DNA of 64,000 nt, taken from an uncultured Lachnospiraceae bacterium (GTDB lineage: Bacteria; Bacillota; Clostridia; Lachnospirales; Lachnospiraceae). The stretch covers positions 28,919-92,918 of the forward strand of contig CAMWXB010000003.1 in NCBI GenBank assembly GCA_947178125.1. Direction: 5' to 3'. The notes beneath the pieces are model-generated. The model had not been told where the DNA came from and ran no database searches. It was given only the letters and a program-made list of their open reading frames with translations. This document shows, one piece after another, positions 25,683 to 33,665 of the stretch; positions within the stretch are counted from its first letter, which is position 1; every line of letters begins with the position of its first letter. Both the position numbers and the translations under genes were made by a program.

Positions 25683-26495
25683 TCATGTCTGTTGTAGAAA
25701 ATATTGCAGGATTTTGGATACCTGCGCTAAAATACCCAGTTTTTCAGCGGACTCTAAAATATCTTTTGTGACATCCTGAAAAATACCGTATCGCAGGAGC
25801 GCTTCCCTGTGTTCGGCGAGCATATAGCATCTTGCTTCATAGTAGCCGGAAATATTGTGGGATACGCCGTCCGTGCTCAAATTGACGAGTACCATCGGTT
25901 CATCCTGAAAGGCAATTTCATGGTCTCTGGCAATCCGAAGGAATAACTCCCAATCCTCCAGACAGGTCAGAGATTCGCAGAAAAGGCCGGATTGCTCAAA
26001 ACATTGTCTGCGTACCAGTACGCCGGGCGTACCGATTGTATTTCGAAGCAGCATATAACGGTAGATATTCCCCTGTTTTTCGTCTGCCGGCATATTGTGG
26101 TCAGGAACAAGAAGGAGAGTACCGTCGGCTTTGTGGCATTCATAAGGGCAGTAGAGCAGGCCGATTTCCGGCTTCTGTGCCAGAAAGGCCATTTGCTTTT
26201 CCAGTTTATCCGGTTTCCAGTAATCGTCACTGTCCTGAAAAGCAATATAGTCATATTCTGCCTGCCGGATGCCTTCATTTCTTGCCGCAGCAACACCTTT
26301 GTTCTCAGGCATTTTCAAATAGCGTATGCGTTCATCATGAATAGACTCTACCACGATGTCAGTGTTATCTATGGAACCATCGTCAACAATAAGCAGTTCA
26401 AAGTCAGTATATGTCTGCTGCAATACGCTCTGTATGGATGTGATCAGAACATCGGCCCTGTTATAGGTCGGTATGATGATGCTTACTTTTTCCAT
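25683..26495 (-). CDS. family 2 glycosyltransferase
   Basis: VSIIIPTYNRADVLITSIQSVLQQTYTDFELLIVDDGSIDNT...FQDSDDYW carries the GT-A motifs. Confidence 0.85.
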   Translation of the reverse strand: MEKVSIIIPTYNRADVLITSIQSVLQQTYTDFELLIVDDGSIDNTDIVVESIHDERIRYLKMPENKGVAAARNEGIRQAEYDYIAFQDSDDYWKPDKLEKQMAFLAQKPEIGLLYCPYECHKADGTLLLVPDHNMPADEKQGNIYRYMLLRNTIGTPGVLVRRQCFEQSGLFCESLTCLEDWELFLRIARDHEIAFQDEPMVLVNLSTDGVSHNISGYYEARCYMLAEHREALLRYGIFQDVTKDILESAEKLGILAQVSKILQYFLQQT

Positions 26496-26563
26496 TTGAC
26501 TCCTTTCTTTTTGTCTGGCGCAGGCTTGTCATGGAGAATAGCATGTATTTTGGGCGTTCTTCG

Positions 26564-26700
26564 GTGTGAAGAAGATTTGCTTTGCAAATCCATAGAAGTT
26601 CCAAGTCAACTACGCTGACTTTGCGAAACAGCCAAGCCTGGGAACCAGGCTTTAGCTGTATGAGCAAGACTGCTTCGCAAGTCAGAACTTCTCTTCACAC
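26564..26700. other. 137-nt extended imperfect palindrome or structured element in the intergenic region
   Basis: Nested complementary segments:
- gtgtgaaga (26564-72) pairs with tcttcacac (26692-700).
- agaagttc (26594-601) pairs with gaacttct (26685-92).
- ctgactt(t)gcgaa (26615-27) pairs with ttcgcaagtcag (26674-85).
- acagc pairs with gctgt.
- aagcctgg-gaa-ccaggctt forms the apex.
- gatttgc-ttt-gcaaatc forms a side hairpin. Confidence 0.4.
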
Positions 26701-26783
26701 TAATAATCATGCCTTTCCCACAACCTGCGAGTTTGGGCGCAAGCACAAACTTGCGATTGAAAAATCTTTGATTTTTCAATCTA
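26694..26783 (-). repeat. dispersed two-hairpin repeat, copy B
   Basis: The reverse complement reads TAGATTGAAAAATCAAAGATTTTTCAATCGCAAGTTTGTGCTTGCGCCCAAACTCGCAGGTTGTGGGAAAGGCATGATTATTAGTGTGAA. Gene 26776-28047 terminates at the TGA inside its first 8 nt. Confidence 0.85.
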
Positions 26784-28047
26784 GCATTTCCCGAACCCGA
26801 TGGCGGTAGGTGTGCGCCGCAGCAATCTTATCGTGTCCGTTTCGGGCGATTTGGAGGCGTTCGGCCTCATTGGCCAGGTAATAGTCGATCTTATTTAGCA
26901 AGTCCGATTTGCTTTCATAAAAATCAAAATCTTCGCCTGGTGTAAAATAATCCAGAAAGTCATTTTGATAATTGCTGAGCAGAAAACCGCCGCTGCCCAT
27001 GATATCGAAAGCGCGCTGTGGAATGCCGCTCTTAATACTGCGCAGCGATATATTCAGATTAATTCTGCTCTGCTTGAAAACAAGAGGCATTTCCCGGTAA
27101 TTGTCAACGGAGCCGTGGTTGGTGAGACCGGGAAGCTGGAAGTTTCTGTCATGCGTAAATAAGTCAAAGGGATGTTTCCCGGCGATGGCCTGAATGAGGT
27201 CATATCGTTCCAGTCCTGTAATCTTGCGGTTGATGACATACTGTGCATAGAGATATTCCTTTGTTTCCACGCCGTCAGGATTCGGTTCCATGGGGAGTGC
27301 GTAATATAAGTCTTCCATAATAGGAGACAATGATTCCTGTATGAAGTTATATCCCTGCACATTCATCTGCGCGGACATCAGCGCATCCAGATAACCTCTG
27401 GTATAATCGGACAGACCGGTCATCCGTTCGAAGAAGTTATGCTTCTCGGTATAGAGGGAGCCGATGAAAGAGATGTCGTATAAAAAGCTGCGGTTATCCA
27501 TACTAATAACCATGTCCTTCTTCTCAACCTGCGAACTTTGGGCCGCAGGCACAAATTCGCGATTGAAAAATCTCTGATTTTTCAATCTATTTGTATTCGT
27601 ATGATTGGTATCAGCATAATGGGCTGTATCAGGAAGCAGCGTATCCAGCCGTTCCACGTTCGCGGCCATCGGCAGGTAATGCACGGTGGAAATGCCGGCT
27701 TTATGAAATTCCAGATAGACATCTTTATCAAAGACATAAATCGTATTGCATGGATTGATGGCAGTGTACGAATATAACATGACATAGGGACTGTCATAAA
27801 TCCACGAGATATAGCGGATGTTTTCCTGCTTGCAGACATTGGAAACAATCGGAAAGTAGTTGAAAGAAAAGACAATATCCGGCGTTTCTTTGTGGAGAAG
27901 GGCAGGAAGTCCGGCTACGGCCGAACCATCGCTTCTTGCATCTTTGTTGAAAAAAGGGAAGCAGACGAGGGTATGACCCTCTTTGCGGAATGCCTCTTTC
28001 ATATCTTCATTTCCATAGCTTGCCCATTCGATGAATAGTATTTTCAT
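26776..28047 (-). CDS. CgeB-like glycosyltransferase, paralog 3, carrying an in-frame repeat insertion
   Basis: RINLNISLRSIKSGIPQRAFDIMGSGGFLLSNYQNDFLDYFTPGEDFDFY...NGHDKIAAAHTYRHR. At 423 aa it is longer than its paralogs (395 and 390 aa). The extra segment ...NRLKNQRFFNREFVPAAQSSQVEKKDMVISMD... is encoded by repeat copy C. Confidence 0.6.
   Translation of the reverse strand: MKILFIEWASYGNEDMKEAFRKEGHTLVCFPFFNKDARSDGSAVAGLPALLHKETPDIVFSFNYFPIVSNVCKQENIRYISWIYDSPYVMLYSYTAINPCNTIYVFDKDVYLEFHKAGISTVHYLPMAANVERLDTLLPDTAHYADTNHTNTNRLKNQRFFNREFVPAAQSSQVEKKDMVISMDNRSFLYDISFIGSLYTEKHNFFERMTGLSDYTRGYLDALMSAQMNVQGYNFIQESLSPIMEDLYYALPMEPNPDGVETKEYLYAQYVINRKITGLERYDLIQAIAGKHPFDLFTHDRNFQLPGLTNHGSVDNYREMPLVFKQSRINLNISLRSIKSGIPQRAFDIMGSGGFLLSNYQNDFLDYFTPGEDFDFYESKSDLLNKIDYYLANEAERLQIARNGHDKIAAAHTYRHRVREMLD
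27498..27589 (-). repeat. dispersed two-hairpin repeat, copy C (inside a CDS)
   Basis: The reverse complement reads TAGATTGAAAAATCAGAGATTTTTCAATCGCGAATTTGTGCCTGCGGCCCAAAGTTCGCAGGTTGAGAAGAAGGACATGGTTATTAGTATGGA. It is read through in its only open frame. Confidence 0.85.
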
Positions 28048-28216
28048 GCCAGTCCTCCATGCAAATAGTATAGCAAAAGTTTGGGGATTTGGAAAGAGTG
28101 AAGGTTTTTTGCGTTGATTATGTGTGGTACTTTAGGTTGACAGAACGGCACATATTTTATAAAGTATATATATCTTATTTTATAATATGTAGAGTATGAA
28201 GGAGCAGAAAATAATC

Positions 28217-28933
28217 ATGAATATCGCTATGATTTTAGCAGGCGGAACAGACTCAAGATTTCAAATGAGTGTTCCCAAGCAATTTGTGAATGTTTATAAT
28301 CGGCCGGTAATTGTTTATACATTGGAGGCTTTTCAGAGACATGATGAAATTGATGCAATCATGGTCTCTTGTCTGGATGGCTGGCAGGAAATGGTCAGAG
28401 CATACGCAAAACAGTTTAATATCACTAAATTGAAATGGGTCATTCCGGGGGGCCGGGACGGACAGGCATCCGCAAGAAACGGTATTCTTGCTTTGAAAGA
28501 AAAATGCCACGATGATGACATGGTCATTCTTCACGATTCTATCAGACCTTTTGTATCAGAGGATATTATCACCGACAGCTTAAGAGTATGCCGAATCCAT
28601 GGTATGGGGGTGGCGGCAGTGCGGACGATGGATACCATTATGAAAACGCAGGATGGTCTGGTAGGAACAGATAGTATTTCGCGTTATGCGATTATTCGAA
28701 TTCAGACACCGCAGGCATACAGAATGGATAAACTCTGGGATGTTCATGAAAAAGCAATTGAAAAAGGGATTACAGGAGAAGTAGATACCAACAGCGTTAT
28801 TTCAAAGCTGGGCGAATCAGTGTATTTTTCAAAGGGCTCCGATTTGAATATGAAGATCAATACAGTGGAAGACGTGGAAATGTTTAAGGCATTGTACAAG
28901 ATGCGGCAGGAAGCGGAGAAGGAAAATACGTGA
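28217..28933 (+). CDS. IspD/TarI-family cytidylyltransferase, paralog 1
   Basis: MNIAMILAGGTDSRFQMSVPKQFVNVYNRPVIVYTLEAF...GGRDGQASARNG...IQTPQAY is the nucleotidyltransferase signature. The start is set at 28217 by alignment with the paralog and by GAAGGAG upstream. Confidence 0.7.
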   Translation: MNIAMILAGGTDSRFQMSVPKQFVNVYNRPVIVYTLEAFQRHDEIDAIMVSCLDGWQEMVRAYAKQFNITKLKWVIPGGRDGQASARNGILALKEKCHDDDMVILHDSIRPFVSEDIITDSLRVCRIHGMGVAAVRTMDTIMKTQDGLVGTDSISRYAIIRIQTPQAYRMDKLWDVHEKAIEKGITGEVDTNSVISKLGESVYFSKGSDLNMKINTVEDVEMFKALYKMRQEAEKENT

Positions 28934-28970
28934 AAAGCGGTAGATTATAAAAGGAAGCAGAGGTTTACGG

Positions 28971-29681
28971 ATGAATATAGCACTATTGCTGGCTGGTGGC
29001 AGCGGAACGAGAACGGAGCAGGATGTTCCCAAACAGTTTTTTAATGTATATGAAAAGCCAATCATTATCTATACACTGGAAGCTTTTCAGCGGCATCCGG
29101 ATATCGATGGGATTATTGTTTCCTGTCTGGAAGGCTGGCATGAGATTTTGAGCGCGTATGCGAGAGAAGCCGGGATTACGAAATTACAGAAAGTAGTATG
29201 CGGTGGAGAAAATGGACAGGCATCCGCCAGAAACGCTCTGCGGGAATTAAAAGGTGTTTGTGAATTGGATGATATTGTTATCATTCATGATGCAATACGC
29301 CCGATGGTCTCTGCAGAAATCATATCCGACTGTATTGTAAAATGTAAGCAATATGGTTCCGGTCTTGCGGCAATGCGTTGCCAGGAGACAATTGTCGAAA
29401 CTAATGATGGAATTAAGGGGGATACAGGTATCAGCCGAAATCATATCATGCGCGTACAGACACCTCAGGCGTATAAATATGGAACCGTGATGGACGCTCA
29501 TGAAAAAGCGTTGGAACAGGGTATTACGAACGCTGTTTATACGAACACGCTGATGCTTGATTTGGGGGAGACGCTTTACTTTGCAATGGGCTCTGAGAAG
29601 AATCTGAAGATTACGACGATGGAGGATGTGGAGATTTTTAAGGCACTGCTCAAGATGAAGAGAGAGGATTGGGTGAAATAG
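28971..29681 (+). CDS. IspD/TarI-family cytidylyltransferase, paralog 2
   Basis: MNIALLLAGGSGTRTEQDVPKQFFNVYEKPIIIYTLEAF...GGENGQASARNA...VQTPQAY. It is clearly paralogous to 28217-28933. Confidence 0.7.
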   Translation: MNIALLLAGGSGTRTEQDVPKQFFNVYEKPIIIYTLEAFQRHPDIDGIIVSCLEGWHEILSAYAREAGITKLQKVVCGGENGQASARNALRELKGVCELDDIVIIHDAIRPMVSAEIISDCIVKCKQYGSGLAAMRCQETIVETNDGIKGDTGISRNHIMRVQTPQAYKYGTVMDAHEKALEQGITNAVYTNTLMLDLGETLYFAMGSEKNLKITTMEDVEIFKALLKMKREDWVK

Positions 29682-29989
29682 ATTGCAGAATTGGTACAGG
29701 AATAAGACAAAAAGTGATATGCTATGTGAATGTTATAACAGTAGTGTTTTTTTGCTAAAATAAAAATAAATTTTTAATAGATTTATAGGAAACAAGATTT
29801 ATGTGATGTTCATAGCAAACATAGTCCGTAATTATATATTCTGGGGATAAAAAAGTGCGTGAAAAGAAAAGAGTTTTTGTTGCACCAAATAAGCAAATTT
29901 TGAAAGTATTAGTTTTGTGATTTAAAGTCACATAATTACGTTTTTTTCGGCGTTTAATAAATTTGAGTTTCTTGGAGTAAAGCAATAAC

Positions 29990-30016
29990 TAATGTTTTAT
30001 TTCGTTTTGCCGATAT
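29990..30016 (+). promoter_or_regulatory. sigma-28-like promoter ahead of the AT-rich 31-gene array
   Basis: TAATGTTT-N11-GCCGATAT has a perfect -10 element and 3/4 match in the -35 core. It lies about 215 nt upstream of the ATG at 30233, inside a 550-nt AT-rich spacer. Confidence 0.45.
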
Positions 30017-30232
30017 ATACATCAGTTAGTTAAAATGTAATAAGTTCTGTTTATAGTTCATTTTTAGCAAGGATTGCGTGATGTTGCATGGATGCAGAGA
30101 TAGGATTGAGAGAACCTGCTATTTGCAATAGTATGCAATGGCAGGTATTTAATTATATCGTGTATTAGTATTTAATAGCACTTTGCCAATAATATAGAAA
30201 ATATAAATTGTAAAAAGGCTGGTGGTTATACT

Positions 30233-31588
30233 ATGCGTAAATTTCAGAAACAGCAATTATTAGATATTGTTGTAAGTTTGCACACTCTTCATCAGGAAAG
30301 CAAGGGTAGGATGGAGAAAAAAGACTATGTGACAGTTCAGAGTGCTTTATCTGATTGTCAGGAAGCGGCAATTCAGATGGGAGAAGCAATTGAACGGATG
30401 GAGGGAACGGGGACTGCTGCTGTCGCTTATTTAGAAAAATATTGCGAAAAATTGTATCAAGTTAATATGCAATTAGAGGAAATATCCGCGCAGAAAGCCT
30501 ATAAATCACTGGAAAGTATTCTGGTAAAGGCCGAAAATGAAATCAATCATATGTCGGTGCGTAAAGAAGTCGTATTTCTACCATACAAGGTAAGTATGTG
30601 GGATTCTATGGAAAGTGTATATCTGGCAGCGAAAGAAGATGAAAATTGTGATGCGTATGTAGTGCCAATTCCATATTATGACAGAAAAATGGATAGAAGC
30701 TTGGGAGAAATGCATTATGAAGGCAACGAATATCCTAAGAATATAGAAATTACGGATTATAGAATATATAATGTGGAAGAAAGACGTCCAGATGTTATTT
30801 ATATTCATAATCCATATGATGAATTTAATAATGTTACCTGTGTTCCAGAGGAGTTTTATAGCAGGCATCTTAAAAATTATACAGACTGCTTAGTTTATAT
30901 ACCTTATTTTATATTGGGTGAAATAGAACCGGATGACCAAAAACGGATAGATGGGATGAGTCACTTTTGTTTTGTACCAGGAGTTATTTACGCACATAAA
31001 GTTATCGTTCAATCTGAAAAGATGCGACAGATATATATTAATGAATATATTAAAGCCGCAAAATCAGTGAGGTTACCGATAGACCAGAATATGTTAAAGC
31101 ATAAAATACTGGGTATTGGTTCACCTAAATTGGATAAGATGAAAAATACTAAAAAAGAGGATTTGGAAATACCTGAAGAGTGGCTAAGAGTTATAGAGAA
31201 ATCGGATGGAACATGGAAAAAGATTGTTTTTTATAATACAAGTATTAATGCCTTATTAAGGCATAATGGACGCATGTTGAAAAAAATAAGAAATGTTTTT
31301 CAATATTTTAAGGAACGGCAGTATAAGGTTGCGCTTTTTTGGAGACCACATCCATTGATACCGAGTACAATAAAGTCCATGAGACCAGAGTTGTGGGCAG
31401 AATATGAGAAAATTGAGAGAAAATACAGGGAAGAAGGATGGGGGATTTATGATGATAGTGCAGACCTGAATAGGGCTATCGCGATAAGTGATGCATATTA
31501 TGGGGATAATAGCAGTGTTGTAAATTTATATAAAAAAACAGGAAAACCGTTAATGCTGCAAAATGTAGACGAGGGTGAAGAATTATGA
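30233..31588 (+). CDS. putative TagB/TagF-like CDP-alditol/glycerol phosphotransferase family protein
   Basis: IVFYNTSINALL, GIGSPKLDKM and ALFWRPHPL resemble the ILYAPTWR / GxPRxD / HP motifs of the glycerophosphotransferase family. This is a by-eye call only. Its stop overlaps the cysP start (ATGA). Confidence 0.4.
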   Translation: MRKFQKQQLLDIVVSLHTLHQESKGRMEKKDYVTVQSALSDCQEAAIQMGEAIERMEGTGTAAVAYLEKYCEKLYQVNMQLEEISAQKAYKSLESILVKAENEINHMSVRKEVVFLPYKVSMWDSMESVYLAAKEDENCDAYVVPIPYYDRKMDRSLGEMHYEGNEYPKNIEITDYRIYNVEERRPDVIYIHNPYDEFNNVTCVPEEFYSRHLKNYTDCLVYIPYFILGEIEPDDQKRIDGMSHFCFVPGVIYAHKVIVQSEKMRQIYINEYIKAAKSVRLPIDQNMLKHKILGIGSPKLDKMKNTKKEDLEIPEEWLRVIEKSDGTWKKIVFYNTSINALLRHNGRMLKKIRNVFQYFKERQYKVALFWRPHPLIPSTIKSMRPELWAEYEKIERKYREEGWGIYDDSADLNRAIAISDAYYGDNSSVVNLYKKTGKPLMLQNVDEGEEL

Positions 31589-32622
31589 AAAAAAGAAAAA
31601 TACGCGTGTGTTTATATGTACTAATAATTGTTTTGTTAACAGCAATAATTTCAGGATGCAGCCAAGCTTCTGATGTTGTGTCAGATAATGATGCAAATAT
31701 AGAAATGTTAAATGTTTCTTATGATCCTACAAGAGAGTTTTATGCAGCGTATAATGAATTGTTCTGTGAATACTGGAAAAGAGAAAATGGGCAGAATGTT
31801 ATGATAACTCAGTCACATGGAGGTTCTGGTTCACAGGCGCGTTCTGTAATAGAAGGTAATGAGGCTGATGTAGTAACATTGGCACTTGCTCATGATATTA
31901 CGGCAATTGAAGAAAGTGGAATGATTGACAGTGGGTGGTTGAATGAATTCTCTGGTAATAGTTCTCCATATACATCAACGATTGTATTTCTGGTACGAAA
32001 AGGAAATGAAAAGAATATACAAGATTGGGATGATCTGATAAGGGATGGAGTAGAAGTAATTACACCAAATCCAAAGACATCAGGTGGCGCATGTTGGAAT
32101 TTCCTTGCTGCATGGGCTTATCAGGAGGTGCAAGATGGTGGTAATGAAGAAGAAACCAGAGAATTTATGAAAAAGTTGTATAAAAATGTGTTGGTATTAG
32201 ATTCGGGCGCCAGAGGAGCAACAAACACTTTCGTAGAGAATGGTCAGGGTGATGTGTTGATTGCTTGGGAGAACGAGGCATATCTTTCAATTAAAGAATA
32301 TCCTGATGAGTATGAAATTATAACTCCAAGTATCAGTATTTTGGCACAACCATCCGTCGCGATAGTGGATAGTAACGTAGACGAACATGGAACTAGAGAA
32401 GTAGCGGAGGCTTATTTGGAGTATTTATACAGTGATGAGGCTCAGAGGCTAGCGGGTAATCATTATTATCGTCCATTTAAGGAAAATATTTTGCAAGAAT
32501 TTTCGGAACAGTTTGATCTTAATATGAATCTTGTTACAATTGATGATTTTGGTGGATGGGATGAGGCATATCGGATTTATTTTGATGATGGTGCAATTTT
32601 TGACCAGATATATGAGGATTAG
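31585..32622 (+). CDS. cysP: sulfate/thiosulfate ABC transporter substrate-binding lipoprotein
   Basis: Lipobox LLTAIISGC. NVSYDPTREFYAAYNELF...QSHGGSGSQARSVIEGNEADVVTLALAHDI...PYTSTIVFLVRKGN...ITPNPKTSGGACWNFLAAWAY is near-collinear with E. coli Sbp/CysP. Confidence 0.9.
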   Translation: MKKRKIRVCLYVLIIVLLTAIISGCSQASDVVSDNDANIEMLNVSYDPTREFYAAYNELFCEYWKRENGQNVMITQSHGGSGSQARSVIEGNEADVVTLALAHDITAIEESGMIDSGWLNEFSGNSSPYTSTIVFLVRKGNEKNIQDWDDLIRDGVEVITPNPKTSGGACWNFLAAWAYQEVQDGGNEEETREFMKKLYKNVLVLDSGARGATNTFVENGQGDVLIAWENEAYLSIKEYPDEYEIITPSISILAQPSVAIVDSNVDEHGTREVAEAYLEYLYSDEAQRLAGNHYYRPFKENILQEFSEQFDLNMNLVTIDDFGGWDEAYRIYFDDGAIFDQIYED

Positions 32623-32710
32623 ATTGAAAAATCAGAGATTTTTCAATCGCGAATTTATGCCTGAGGCGAAAATATCGCAGGTTGTGAGAAAGGCATAATT
32701 ATTAGTATGA
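32620..32710 (+). repeat. dispersed two-hairpin repeat, copy D
   Basis: TAGATTGAAAAATCAGAGATTTTTCAATCGCGAATTTATGCCTGAGGCGAAAATATCGCAGGTTGTGAGAAAGGCATAATTATTAGTATGA. Its leading TAG is the cysP stop codon. Confidence 0.85.
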
Positions 32711-32785
32711 AATTTTATTCAGCATGGATTTATTAACAATTTACATTTTATTAGTGAGACAGTCTGGAAAGGAATATTTTACTTT

Positions 32786-33637
32786 ATGGAGCAGCAGATT
32801 ATAAAAGTAAAGAATAAGAAAGGCGTCAGAGTGATTCCGGGATTTGGACTTTCTTTAGGGGTAACACTTTTTATGCTGGGAACGCTTGTATTAATTCCAT
32901 TAGTATCTATATTTATTAGTGCCAGTCAACTCAGTTTTCAAGAATTCGTAAATATTATTATATCCCGTCAGATTGTATCTGGTTATGTTGTCAGCTTATC
33001 TTGCGCATTTTTTGCAGCTTTGATAAATGCAGTGTTTGGTTTGATGCTTGCATGGGTTTTAGTGCGGTATGATTTTCCGGGAAAGCGCTTGATGGATGGC
33101 CTGATTGAATTACCGTTTGCATTGCCGACTGCTGTAGCCGGTATTTCTCTTACATATCTTTATTCAGATAAAGGGTGGATTGGTTCTTTTTTTGACAAAG
33201 CTGGTATTAAGATTGCATATACGCGAATTGGTATAACATTAGCTATGATATTTGTGGGAATTCCATTTGTGGTAAGGGCGGTACAGCCTGTTTTGGAAAA
33301 GCTGGACAGGCAGTATGAGGAGGCCGCAATGATGCTTGGAGCAAGTGGAACATATACTTTTTTTCGTGTAGTTTTACCTGAATTGTTCCCGGCGTTGCTT
33401 GCAGGTTTTGGCCTTGCATTTGCAAGAGGAATTGGAGAGTATGGAAGCGTAGTATTTATTGCTGGCAATATTCCATATAAGACTCAGATAGCGCCGCTTC
33501 TGATTATGAGTAAGCTGGAACAATATAAATATGAAGATGCTACTGCAATTGCGCTTGTATTGCTGTTGATTTCTTTTTTTCTGATGTTCTTGATAAATTC
33601 TTTACAGATTTATATGCAGAAATTTAGTAGAACATAA
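32786..33637 (+). CDS. cysT: sulfate ABC transporter permease CysT
   Basis: A multi-TM protein with the EAA loop motif EEAAMMLGASGTYTFFRVVLP and LELPFALPTAVAGI, typical of CysT/CysU. Confidence 0.85.
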   Translation: MEQQIIKVKNKKGVRVIPGFGLSLGVTLFMLGTLVLIPLVSIFISASQLSFQEFVNIIISRQIVSGYVVSLSCAFFAALINAVFGLMLAWVLVRYDFPGKRLMDGLIELPFALPTAVAGISLTYLYSDKGWIGSFFDKAGIKIAYTRIGITLAMIFVGIPFVVRAVQPVLEKLDRQYEEAAMMLGASGTYTFFRVVLPELFPALLAGFGLAFARGIGEYGSVVFIAGNIPYKTQIAPLLIMSKLEQYKYEDATAIALVLLLISFFLMFLINSLQIYMQKFSRT

Positions 33638-33665
33638 TGTGTTTGGTGAAATGGGGAATTACATA

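Noticed and set aside
26461-26809. Track ORFs 26461-26667(-), 26582-26809(+) and 27538-27777(+), whose translations share AIEKSLIFQS
   Set aside because: The shared peptide is simply the dispersed repeat translated on the other strand. There is no RBS, and the ORFs overlap structured intergenic DNA or a real CDS.
29755-29985. A 76-aa minus-strand ORF in the 550-nt AT-rich spacer
   Set aside because: Its translation is lysine- and phenylalanine-rich and low in complexity, as expected from AT-rich non-coding DNA. It has no RBS and sits in the promoter region.
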